Positions 1 through 7,542 of a stretch of DNA of 41,584 nucleotides are shown here, one piece after another. A program made the translations under genes and the position numbers. Position 1 is the stretch's first letter, and the number at the start of each line of letters is the position of its first letter. The notes under the pieces are model-generated. The model saw nothing but the letters and a program-made list of their open reading frames with translations, searched no databases and was not told the origin of the DNA. Source of the DNA: a virus (lineage: Duplodnaviria; Caudoviricetes); IMG/VR virus record IMGVR_UViG_3300033407_000048, positions 1 through 41,584 of that record. The stretch is one strand, 5' to 3'.

Positions 1-129
1 CGGTCCCGGATGAGACGGCGAACGAGGTGGATTTTCTCGTCGCGTCGATGCGGCTACGCGTCGCCGACGGTTCGACTAAGGTGAAGCTCAGATCCCTCAC
101 ACCCGCAACGACGGACGCGGGCGGCGGGG
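1..129. repeat. Terminal direct repeat, left copy (circular assembly overlap)
   Basis: 4-129 is identical to 41459-41584; 1-3 (cgg) differs from 41456-41458 (cgt) at one base. Confidence 0.97.
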
Positions 130-148
130 GTGGTGGAGGCGAGATCCC

Positions 149-1117
149 ATGAGGCGATTGATTCTCATAGTTCTCGGAATGGCGGCGCTCGTCGGCACGT
201 TGTCGGCTGATCTGACGTTCCAGCAGACGACAGAGCGGATGCATTTCTACGGGCGCGACGCGACCGGGAGTCCCTACGATTCGACGGCTAACGGGATCGT
301 GTTGATCGACGCCGGGATTGCAATCCCGGCCGCCGCGGACTACATCGTCGCGACAAGTTACGAGGAGCGGAACGTTTGGGCCGACACATCCGAGACGTTC
401 GGCATGTGGACATGGGACAACGTGGCGCCCGGGATTTATGACTTGTGGGACACGGTGGGGGCCGATGCGCAACTCGATTATCCCGAGCATTTCCGTGCGG
501 GCGACAAGACGGCCCCTGCGGGCTACGTCGCGAATCAGGCGGCCTACGGGGACACGTCGATTCCCTCGACCGCGTTCAAGGATTCGTCGCTCGTTCTGCG
601 AATGGTTCCGACGCGATTCTTCCCTGGCAACCGGTTGCAACTTCTGTCCATCACCGGGGCGCTGATCGAAAACGAAACGATCGACGCATCGACGAAGCTC
701 TCGGATTACTCGATCCCGGCAGCGAAGATCGACACGGGGGCGGTCGGGAATCTGCAACTAGCGACGAACGCGATCCAAGCAGGAACCGGGAAGGTCGCAT
801 CGTCGGCAATCGCCGCATCACAGATCATCAAGTCCGACGACTTCGCATGGACCGGAGACCACACGTGGTCGAGCGCGGCATTCCCGCGGTTCGGGAAGGC
901 GCAATGGCCGACCGGGACACCGGCGTTCTATACTCTTGCGGTGAGCGGCGTCGACACAACGATGAGAGCCGGTGCGTGGTGGGTCGACGATGCGGGGGCA
1001 GCCGGATACTTCGAGTTCATCGATTGCGTTGTGGATTCCGTTACATTCACGCTTTCAGGTGCTTCTGGTCCAGCGGCAGGGACCGATTTCTGGTTTGTCG
1101 TCATCAAATTCCAATAG
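149..1117 (+). CDS. Tail fibre-like virion protein with N-terminal Sec signal peptide
   Basis: ATGA overlap with the stop of the tail-tip ORF; GGAGG RBS; MRRLILIVLGMAALVGTLSA signal; IPAAKIDTGAVGNLQLATNAI fibre-type repeats. Confidence 0.7.
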   Translation: MRRLILIVLGMAALVGTLSADLTFQQTTERMHFYGRDATGSPYDSTANGIVLIDAGIAIPAAADYIVATSYEERNVWADTSETFGMWTWDNVAPGIYDLWDTVGADAQLDYPEHFRAGDKTAPAGYVANQAAYGDTSIPSTAFKDSSLVLRMVPTRFFPGNRLQLLSITGALIENETIDASTKLSDYSIPAAKIDTGAVGNLQLATNAIQAGTGKVASSAIAASQIIKSDDFAWTGDHTWSSAAFPRFGKAQWPTGTPAFYTLAVSGVDTTMRAGAWWVDDAGAAGYFEFIDCVVDSVTFTLSGASGPAAGTDFWFVVIKFQ

Positions 1118-1135
1118 GAGAGGAGAAGACAGATC

Positions 1136-1549
1136 ATGGCCGCGATCTCGGATTATTTGGAGGTAAAACTCCAGCAGTTGACGTTCAACGGTGTCGCGTT
1201 CACGGCGCCTGCGACGTACATCGCTCTGTTCACGGCTGCGCCGTCGGACGCCGGCGGGGGGACGGAAGTCTCGGGTGGAAGTTATGCCCGGGTACTCGTG
1301 AATCCGACCGGCGGCGCATCCCCGACATGGGATGCCTGCACGGCCACGGGGGGTCTCATCACGAATACGCACGCCATCACGTTCGCGCAGGCGACCGCGG
1401 CTTGGGGAACCGTCACGCACATCGGCATTTTCGATGCTCTGACCGTCGGGAACCTCCTGTGGCACGGCGCGCTCACCGCGTCGAAGGTCGTCGAAGACGG
1501 TTCCACGTTCTCGATTCCGGTCGGCGATCTGGACTGCACGCTCGCGTAA
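1136..1549 (+). CDS. Small phage tail fibre/structural protein (YIALFTAAP...EVSGGSYAR family)
   Basis: Motifs SDYLE, YIALFTAAPSDAGGGTEVSGGSYAR, WGTVTHIGIFDA typical of a widespread phage tail protein; strong RBS. Confidence 0.8.
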   Translation: MAAISDYLEVKLQQLTFNGVAFTAPATYIALFTAAPSDAGGGTEVSGGSYARVLVNPTGGASPTWDACTATGGLITNTHAITFAQATAAWGTVTHIGIFDALTVGNLLWHGALTASKVVEDGSTFSIPVGDLDCTLA

Positions 1550-1553
1550 GAAC

Positions 1554-1820
1554 ATGGCGACGCCGTGTTGGTGCGGTGGCGTCTGCTGTCCTCCGGTCCC
1601 GGTGTCCGATGAGGAAGCCGCGGACATTATCGCGTTCACGGGAACGGAGGAAGGTTTCCGCATAACGAACGCCGGACGCTTCACTGCGGACGTTCGGGTG
1701 CGCGATCCGGAGATCGACATGCTTCGGCACTATTGCGGTTTCTTCGATCTGGAGACGCGGCTCTGCACGATCTACTCGGTGAGACCTCAGTTGTGCCGAG
1801 ACTTCGAGCATGAGGTTTGA
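1554..1820 (+). CDS. YkgJ-family cysteine-cluster (CxxCxxCC-like) protein
   Basis: CWCGGVCC ... CGFFD...CTIYSVRPQLCRDF motif set. Confidence 0.8.
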   Translation: MATPCWCGGVCCPPVPVSDEEAADIIAFTGTEEGFRITNAGRFTADVRVRDPEIDMLRHYCGFFDLETRLCTIYSVRPQLCRDFEHEV

Positions 1821-1823
1821 TCG

Positions 1824-3017
1824 ATGGCACAGCAGACATTCGGGTTCACTTCCGGTAAGAGCGGATTTGTAGGATTAACCCCTCCGAGCAGTTACACAGT
1901 CGGAACTGGCGCGCTCAACTGCAAGATCGACCGGAATACAGCGACGTCGCACGAAAAACGCGCCTTCTTCAGCTTCGATACGTCATCGCTGGGCGATTCA
2001 ATCACGATCCTCAAGGTCGAGTTCTTCATGGTCATCGGCACCGAGGCGCCGCCCGATAACCCGAAAGCCAACTTCTATCTCGGCACGTGGATCGGTGCAA
2101 CACTCGACGCAAGCGCCGCCGACTACAACGGCGGGACACTCGTTCATGTGGACGAGAGCGACCCGTATCAGACGAGCGTCTGGTTCATGCTCGACAGCGA
2201 AGGCGTCGACCCTGACACCGTCGTCTCGAAGACCGGAGACACGGATCTCAAGATCGACGATTTCTCGACGCACTCGGGTTCGACGTGGTCCGTTAATTTC
2301 AACTCAGGGAAGGTCCTGTGCCAGCTAAGGGTCACATGGGCGGACGAGGTTACTGGCGCGGCATCGCTTTCAGCGGCCGGCACGCTGTCCGTTTCCGGGA
2401 CGGTCACGGCAGGCAGCGTAGAGGGCAGCGCCTCACTGACGGCGTCGGGGACGCTCGATGTATCCGGGGAAGTTGCGGCCCGTGGCGCGGCATCGCTGTC
2501 AGCCGCAGGAACGTTAGCAGCCTCGGGGACGGTTGCGGTTCGAGGCTCCGCGATTCTCGAAGCGACCGGGACGCTGTCGGCTTCGGCTGTGGTGTCCGTC
2601 ACGGGTTCGGGCTCGCTGTCGGCTGTGGGGACGTTGACGGCTTCTGCGCAGGTGGGGATCCTGGGCGCTGCGTCCCTCACCGCGGCCGGCACGCTGACGA
2701 TCTCGGCCACGCTGACGCTCGGGGCGTCCGCAAGCGTCGAGGGCTTCGGAACGTTGACGGCATCCGCCCGGCTCGACCTCGTGGCGTCTGCCTCCTTGTC
2801 CGGCGCGGGATCTCTCACCATCACGGCTGCGGTCACGGGTGCCGCCTACGCGATCGATACAAGCGTTGTCGTCTTCGATGGCATCGAGGCCTCGGAATGC
2901 CACTTCGCGGCGGTCGACTCTTCAACCCTCGCCTACGATGCGGCTGAAACAGACACCACGGCTTTCGCTGGTATCGATGCCTCGGTCGTGGTATACTCTG
3001 AGCAAGAGGAGATCTAG
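1824..3017 (+). CDS. Tail fibre/adhesin: DNRLRE-like N-terminal domain plus ~19-aa Ala/Ser/Gly/Thr repeats
   Basis: RAFFSFDTSSL motif; about nine GAASLSAAGTLS-type repeats; position in tail module. Confidence 0.7.
   Translation: MAQQTFGFTSGKSGFVGLTPPSSYTVGTGALNCKIDRNTATSHEKRAFFSFDTSSLGDSITILKVEFFMVIGTEAPPDNPKANFYLGTWIGATLDASAADYNGGTLVHVDESDPYQTSVWFMLDSEGVDPDTVVSKTGDTDLKIDDFSTHSGSTWSVNFNSGKVLCQLRVTWADEVTGAASLSAAGTLSVSGTVTAGSVEGSASLTASGTLDVSGEVAARGAASLSAAGTLAASGTVAVRGSAILEATGTLSASAVVSVTGSGSLSAVGTLTASAQVGILGAASLTAAGTLTISATLTLGASASVEGFGTLTASARLDLVASASLSGAGSLTITAAVTGAAYAIDTSVVVFDGIEASECHFAAVDSSTLAYDAAETDTTAFAGIDASVVVYSEQEEI
2355..2838 (+). repeat. Degenerate ~57-bp coding repeat (GxASLSAxGTLxxS)
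   Basis: Periodic protein repeats in 1824..3017. Confidence 0.7.
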
Positions 3018-3021
3018 ATAA

Positions 3022-3405
3022 ATGGCAGTCCTGAACAAACGTCTCGGCATCGGACGTGTTGCGGGGGATGATCTCGAAATCCGCGTCACGATCACGTCTC
3101 TCCCAGCGACGATCTCCGCCGCGTGGCTCACCATCAAGGATGAGATCGCGGATCTCGACGCAGCCGCCGTCCTGCAAAAGGAGATCACGTCGTCCGACGT
3201 TCCAGGGACAGGGCAAATCGAGGACACGGGCGCGGATGGGACCGGCGTGCTGCGGTTCGACCTGACGAACGATGACACTGCCTTGCTCGCGACCACGGCC
3301 TACGAGTACGACGTACAGATCCTCCTGTCGACCGCGAAACTCAATACGCCTCAGCGCGGTATCATCAAGATGGATGGGGCAGAGGTGACCAAGTCGACGT
3401 CGTGA
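3022..3405 (+). CDS. BppU N-terminal-like tail accessory protein
   Basis: GDDLEIRVTI...WLTIK...LRFDLTNDDT...YEYDVQI pattern. Confidence 0.55.
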   Translation: MAVLNKRLGIGRVAGDDLEIRVTITSLPATISAAWLTIKDEIADLDAAAVLQKEITSSDVPGTGQIEDTGADGTGVLRFDLTNDDTALLATTAYEYDVQILLSTAKLNTPQRGIIKMDGAEVTKSTS

Positions 3406-3406
3406 A

Positions 3407-3628
3407 TCATCCAACCGGCAGACGGCCGCCGCGGTCTTTTCGGTTCGCGTCAACGGCGTGGAGATCGGGACCGTCACGTTCGACGGATCGACGATCACGT
3501 TCGCCTTGGATTCGATCGGCGCAGCGGATGTCATCGCCGGAGACGTCGTGACCGTCGTCGCACCGACGCCGCAGGATTCGACGCTTGCAGACGTGGCGAT
3601 CACGTTGCTTGCGACACGAAAGGCGTAG
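3407..3628 (+). pseudogene. Start-less remnant of a tail fibre beta-sandwich domain
   Basis: Frame 2 reads TAAAVFSVRVNGVEIGTVTF...AGDVVTVVAPTPQDSTLADVAITL* with in-frame stop at 3386-3388 and no start before the domain. Confidence 0.55.
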
Positions 3629-3680
3629 AGTTGCCGACTCTTCGTTCTGGCAGACGGGAGACGGAGGGAGAAATGAGAGG

Positions 3681-3860
3681 ATGGCAATCGATAACCGAAG
3701 CGATCATGATATCCTCATTCGACTTGAGACTCGCGTCGAGGGTCTTGAGGAGTCGATGCGCACGATCCGTCGCGCCGTCGTCGGTGGTGTCATCGCCATC
3801 GTCATCGGCGGATTCACGGCATTGCTGACATGGATCATAAATCTGGTCTCGCGAGCATGA
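3681..3860 (+). CDS. XhlA-like holin (coiled coil plus one C-terminal TM helix)
   Basis: LIRLETRVEGLEE then hydrophobic helix; first gene of lysis cassette; RBS upstream. Confidence 0.6.
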   Translation: MAIDNRSDHDILIRLETRVEGLEESMRTIRRAVVGGVIAIVIGGFTALLTWIINLVSRA

Positions 3861-4450
3861 AGTTCGTCCCGATCGCCGTCTCCCTCGCCGGTCTCGCAAT
3901 TCTCATCGGAGGATGGGTCGTCGGTATGGGGTTTCTGCGATCTCCTCATCCCAGCATGACCCCGACTCTCCCGATGACCGCCGTGGGCTTCGTCCTCTCT
4001 GGGATCGTGGTCTATGTCGCCGCAGGGGACGGTCTCGGGGAATGGTCCGAGTTTGTTGGGGCGGCGGCATCCTTCGGGCTCATCGGTCTCGTCATCGACT
4101 CTTTTCAGCCCGGCGGCGGCGGTCTCGTCCGTCTCGTCACCCATGCAGACTTTCAAGATCTGCCATACGTCGTCAGAGGGCAACCAAGCCCTCTGACGGG
4201 CTTCGGGTTCCTGTGTGTGGGCGCCTCGGGGATCTGTTGGATGTTCCGCAAACCCTGGCGATGGATTGTCACCATAGCCTGCGGTGTCGGCGTCGTCGCG
4301 CTCTGTGGGATCATAGCCGGACTCCCGATCCTGTCCGGCTACGTCGAAGGCTTAGCGACGGGGATGGCGCTCTACACCGCGGTTCTGTTCATCCTCCTCG
4401 GCGTGAGCGTCGCCTCGGTGGGGTCAGGACATGGGGACCGGGTCGACTGA
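3857..4450 (+). CDS. Multi-pass membrane protein resembling the input domain of sensor kinases/GGDEF proteins
   Basis: ATGA-coupled; about 5-6 TM helices; GW..LRSPHP..PMTAVGF, PSPLTGFGF, GMALYTAVLF motifs. Confidence 0.65.
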   Translation: MKFVPIAVSLAGLAILIGGWVVGMGFLRSPHPSMTPTLPMTAVGFVLSGIVVYVAAGDGLGEWSEFVGAAASFGLIGLVIDSFQPGGGGLVRLVTHADFQDLPYVVRGQPSPLTGFGFLCVGASGICWMFRKPWRWIVTIACGVGVVALCGIIAGLPILSGYVEGLATGMALYTAVLFILLGVSVASVGSGHGDRVD

Positions 4451-4706
4451 GGGGGGGAGCTTCACGATTCGGCTTCGCCTTACTAGGCGGACCGCACTCA
4501 AGCTCCTCCCGCTTCTCGCGCCCATCCTGTTCGATGCCGCACAGGACTATCATCTGCGAGGAGAACGGATCGCACGCCTCGAGCGCATCGTCGCCGAGAA
4601 TCAACTTGTTGACAGCGGGGCGATGGGACCCCCGCAACCACTTGGAGAGAAAGATCGAACGATGATTCGGAAATTGTTAGAGAACGTCGCGAGGTTAATC
4701 CCATGA
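4431..4706 (+). CDS. Hypothetical lysis-cassette protein
   Basis: Fills gap; stop overlaps endolysin ATG (ATGA). Confidence 0.5.
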   Translation: MGTGSTEGGSFTIRLRLTRRTALKLLPLLAPILFDAAQDYHLRGERIARLERIVAENQLVDSGAMGPPQPLGEKDRTMIRKLLENVARLIP

Positions 4707-5227
4707 CGACGTGGAGGAGATTCAGATTGCCGTCCATCAACATCTTCAGGGAGACGTCGACCACATCGGCATTGCCGTTCATTCCATCGACTGCGTTCTC
4801 GATCGCGGAGCGCTTCGTAGGAGTGCGCGAGGTTCCAGGGACGAAACACCACCCGCTGATTCTCGCGATGCTTCAACTCGACGATTCGTGGCCGGTGGCG
4901 GATGAAGTGCCGTGGTGTTCGGCGTTCGTCAATTTCATCGCGTGGCTGATCCGACTCCCGCGCTCGAAGTCGTTGACCGCGCGTTCGTGGCTGACCGTCG
5001 GCAAAAGCATCGGCCTCGCAGACGCTCGCGTGGGATTCGACGTCGTGATCCTGCGCAACATGGCCGGAGCGCCTGGTCCCGAGGTGCTCGATGCACCCGG
5101 GCATGTCGGCCTCTACGCGGGGCAGGAGGGCGGTGGCATCATGGTGCTTGGAGGCAACCAATCTGATTCCGTTTCCGTCGCACGCTTCGCGAGTGATAGA
5201 CTGATCGGGATTCGGAGGCTGATCTGA
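4703..5227 (+). CDS. Endolysin, TIGR02594 family (NlpC/P60/CHAP-like peptidase)
   Basis: DEVPWCSAFVN, ARSWL..G, GHVGLY, VLGGNQSDSV motifs. Confidence 0.88.
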   Translation: MTTWRRFRLPSINIFRETSTTSALPFIPSTAFSIAERFVGVREVPGTKHHPLILAMLQLDDSWPVADEVPWCSAFVNFIAWLIRLPRSKSLTARSWLTVGKSIGLADARVGFDVVILRNMAGAPGPEVLDAPGHVGLYAGQEGGGIMVLGGNQSDSVSVARFASDRLIGIRRLI

Positions 5228-5252
5228 ACTCGATCGAAAGGAGAAACGTCCC

Positions 5253-5561
5253 ATGAGTCTCATCGGAACGCTTAAGAAAATCGCCGGAGTCTTCAACATC
5301 CTCGCCCCGTTCATCTCGATCTGGAGCGGCGGCAAGGTCAACGTCGCGGATGCCGCGGTCCCCATCGGTGAACGCCTCGAGGCCGTGAAGATCGTCCTCA
5401 AGGAGGCGCAGGAGTTCGTCGCGGCGCTCGAGGCTGCGATCGCTCCGGACTCCGACGGCATCGTCCGGATCACCGAAGCGGAGCTGGACCGGATCATCGA
5501 CGAGGCGGCCGATTTCCCGGCTGCGATCGCTGCGCTCCGTGGGGTCAGCGGGACGGGTTGA
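5253..5561 (+). CDS. Hypothetical lysis-associated protein
   Basis: AAAGGAG RBS; amphipathic N-terminus; follows endolysin. Confidence 0.6.
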   Translation: MSLIGTLKKIAGVFNILAPFISIWSGGKVNVADAAVPIGERLEAVKIVLKEAQEFVAALEAAIAPDSDGIVRITEAELDRIIDEAADFPAAIAALRGVSGTG

Positions 5562-5596
5562 TGATCTCCCGGGCCCGATCAGGGTAGAGGCGCAGG

Positions 5597-5632
5597 GGGG
5601 GGCCTTTCGAGGAGGTCCCCTCTTCCTTTCCC
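5597..5632 (+). terminator. Probable intrinsic terminator of late/lysis operon
   Basis: GGGGGCCTTT-CGA-GGAGGTCCCC hairpin followed by TCTTCCTTT. Confidence 0.5.
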
Positions 5633-5634
5633 GG

Positions 5635-5663
5635 TTGACAGCCGGGCGGCCTGCCGGTACGAT
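5635..5663 (+). promoter_or_regulatory. sigma70-type promoter of candidate sRNA
   Basis: TTGACA (5635-5640), 17 bp, TACGAT (5658-5663). Confidence 0.75.
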
Positions 5664-5668
5664 GCCCG

Positions 5669-5744
5669 CAGTCGACTCCCATCGACTCTTCCACCCGCCC
5701 GGCCGAGAGGCCCCCGGACAGCCCGCCCGGGGGCTCTCTCTTTG
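5669..5744 (+). ncRNA. Candidate ~75-nt small RNA with C-rich loop
   Basis: Between consensus promoter and terminator hairpin; AGTCGA-CTCCCA-TCGACT stem-loop; no RBS/ORF. Confidence 0.6.
5705..5744 (+). terminator. Intrinsic terminator hairpin
   Basis: GAGAG-GCCCCCGG...CCGGGGGC-TCTCTC then TTTG. Confidence 0.65.
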
Positions 5745-5751
5745 CCCGAAA

Positions 5752-5788
5752 ATAAACCCTTGACAGCGCAAACGGTTTATCCTAGATT
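5752..5788 (+). promoter_or_regulatory. Early promoter 1 with operator AACCCT-N11-ACGGTT over -35
   Basis: TTGACA 5760-5765, 17 bp, TAGATT 5783-5788; inverted repeat 5755-5760/5772-5777. Confidence 0.75.
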
Positions 5789-5848
5789 GGACGAGATCGA
5801 CGAAGAGAAGGAGGGGGACATGCCGGGCCAGGCTGGAAAGGAGTCTCC

Positions 5849-6022
5849 ATGACGAAGGAAGATCTGCTCATGCGAGCGAAGAAACTCGAGGCGTACTTCC
5901 GAATCCTTCGGCTCAAGCGACGTCACGATCCACCGCTTGCGACGCGGAAGGAGTACGACCGCGTGCGAAAGAATCTCGTCGGAGCGCGGCGCGCTGCGAA
6001 GGGATGGGAGGAGAAGCGATGA
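5849..6022 (+). CDS. Small basic hypothetical early protein (57 aa)
   Basis: AAAGGAG RBS; MTKEDLLMRAKK...; stop overlaps next ATG; too short for ORF track. Confidence 0.6.
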   Translation: MTKEDLLMRAKKLEAYFRILRLKRRHDPPLATRKEYDRVRKNLVGARRAAKGWEEKR

Positions 6023-6195
6023 CCGACCTTGAGCGTAAGATCTGGTGCGCGATCCATGACGCGGATGCGGGCTTCCAAAAGCGCGGAGACGCCGGTACAA
6101 AGACCTGGATGCGCGACTACTTTCTCCCCGCGCTGACGGCGCACGGGCTTCAGATCGTGGAGATCGAGAAGGCGAAGAAGGAGGGGGAGACGTGA
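6019..6195 (+). CDS. Hypothetical protein
   Basis: GGAGG RBS; coupled overlaps on both sides. Confidence 0.6.
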   Translation: MTDLERKIWCAIHDADAGFQKRGDAGTKTWMRDYFLPALTAHGLQIVEIEKAKKEGET

Positions 6196-6455
6196 GACAG
6201 GCGCAATACTCCATCATCGAGGACGACTACTTGCAGAAGAAGCCGCTAATCATCCGCGACGTTGGGCCTTGGGACCTGCATCCGACTGTGACCAATGCGG
6301 CTGAGGAAGTGGTTGCCGGTCTCGTGCGTCGTGGGCTCCTGCCCCCTGGCCGGCGATTACTGTACTACGACTCCGACGGGACGCTTGACGAGATCGTGGT
6401 CGAGGACGGAGCGTTCGCAGGTTTCCGTCCTGGCCCGCGCGAGGCGACGCCATGA
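6192..6455 (+). CDS. Conserved small phage protein (TVTNAAE...YYDSDG motif)
   Basis: GTGA coupling, RBS; recognisable motif of a widespread uncharacterised family. Confidence 0.65.
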   Translation: MRQAQYSIIEDDYLQKKPLIIRDVGPWDLHPTVTNAAEEVVAGLVRRGLLPPGRRLLYYDSDGTLDEIVVEDGAFAGFRPGPREATP

Positions 6456-7348
6456 ACCGAGGTGCGATCTACATGCCGCCCTACGGCAAGCTCAACGAAG
6501 CAGAGAAGGACGCGGCGGCGCAGTTTCCGCTTGCCCTCGTCGGCTGGCATCGCATCGAGGACTTGCGGGAGATGAAGCAGCGCGCACCGGATCAGGTGCG
6601 CCTCAAGCTCGCACTCCCCGACATCTGTGCGCCGCCGGATCATCCGCGCTTCAAGGACCTCACCGAAGCCGACCTGGAGTGGAATCTCGACGCCGCCTAT
6701 TCCTCGGCGCTGCAGGAGAAGGGGCTCCAGACGGCCCGCGTAGGCTGGCCAGGCTGGAATCTGCCGAAGATGGGCAAGGCGACGGCGCAGGCGTTCTGTC
6801 GCACCCACCGCGCGTTCCTGCGCAAGTACGGGCCTCTCGGGGAGGGTCTCGTGGACGGGTCGCACTTCGAGAACTTCGTCGTGGACCCGCGCTCGATGTT
6901 CGGCACGTTCACGGATGACGAGTGCGCGGAGTGGGAGATCGCATGGGAACATATCACCACGGCGTTTGCCCGGATGCGACAGAACGGCGTGATCTCGCGA
7001 CTCACGGCGCAACGGGTGTCACGGTGGACGTGCCGTGATACAGAGATCGCGATGTTCCACGGCGCGTTGGGCGGAATCAAGCTGGAAGCAAACCCGCGTC
7101 TCCGAGATTTCACCTTGGCGGAGTGGTGGAACCATCACGACCTCCGCGGCCCGAGGTGCTACATCGACGCGGGCGTCGACATGGCGCAGTCCTTCTTCGA
7201 GGCGTGGCTCGATCCGTCTCACACGCCCGAAGCGCAAGAGGCGTGGAGGACGCGGATCTTCCGCAAGGCGCGATCCGTCGGCGCGCTGGCGATGACGGCG
7301 CACAGAGATGAGCGGTTCCACCGCGAAATACCGGAGGCGATGGAATGA
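6452..7348 (+). CDS. Hypothetical protein, possible glycoside-hydrolase-like TIM barrel
   Basis: 298 aa, ATGA-coupled; LVDGSHFEN and GGIKLE resemble GH barrel strands; function is a guess. Confidence 0.55.
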   Translation: MNRGAIYMPPYGKLNEAEKDAAAQFPLALVGWHRIEDLREMKQRAPDQVRLKLALPDICAPPDHPRFKDLTEADLEWNLDAAYSSALQEKGLQTARVGWPGWNLPKMGKATAQAFCRTHRAFLRKYGPLGEGLVDGSHFENFVVDPRSMFGTFTDDECAEWEIAWEHITTAFARMRQNGVISRLTAQRVSRWTCRDTEIAMFHGALGGIKLEANPRLRDFTLAEWWNHHDLRGPRCYIDAGVDMAQSFFEAWLDPSHTPEAQEAWRTRIFRKARSVGALAMTAHRDERFHREIPEAME

Positions 7349-7542
7349 ACGACACTTGCATCTGTACATGGGAGCTATCATGTGCCGGAACAAGAATCTT
7401 GCGGTGCGAAGGCTGTGGCGGTGATCTCTGCGTCTGCGCCGCTTGTCCAAACAGCGGCGAGATAGCCTGTCCAGGCTGCGAGGATTGCTGCGAGCCGGAG
7501 CCAAGTGGGGCGGGTGAAGACGAACCGGACGCGATGGAATGA
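7345..7542 (+). CDS. Cys-rich small zinc-binding protein
   Basis: Multiple CxC/CxxC motifs; coupled. Confidence 0.6.
   Translation: MNDTCICTWELSCAGTRILRCEGCGGDLCVCAACPNSGEIACPGCEDCCEPEPSGAGEDEPDAME

Noticed and set aside
1-3. One-base difference between terminal repeats
   Set aside because: At the extreme contig edge; likely assembly noise or minor variant
1824-3017. D-S/T sites in this fibre protein as glycosylation sequons
   Set aside because: No signal peptide and S/T-rich composition; also a caution that such sites arise by chance
4451-4457. G7 run as phase-variation or frameshift site
   Set aside because: Short, follows a stop codon, and reads in frame within 4431-4706
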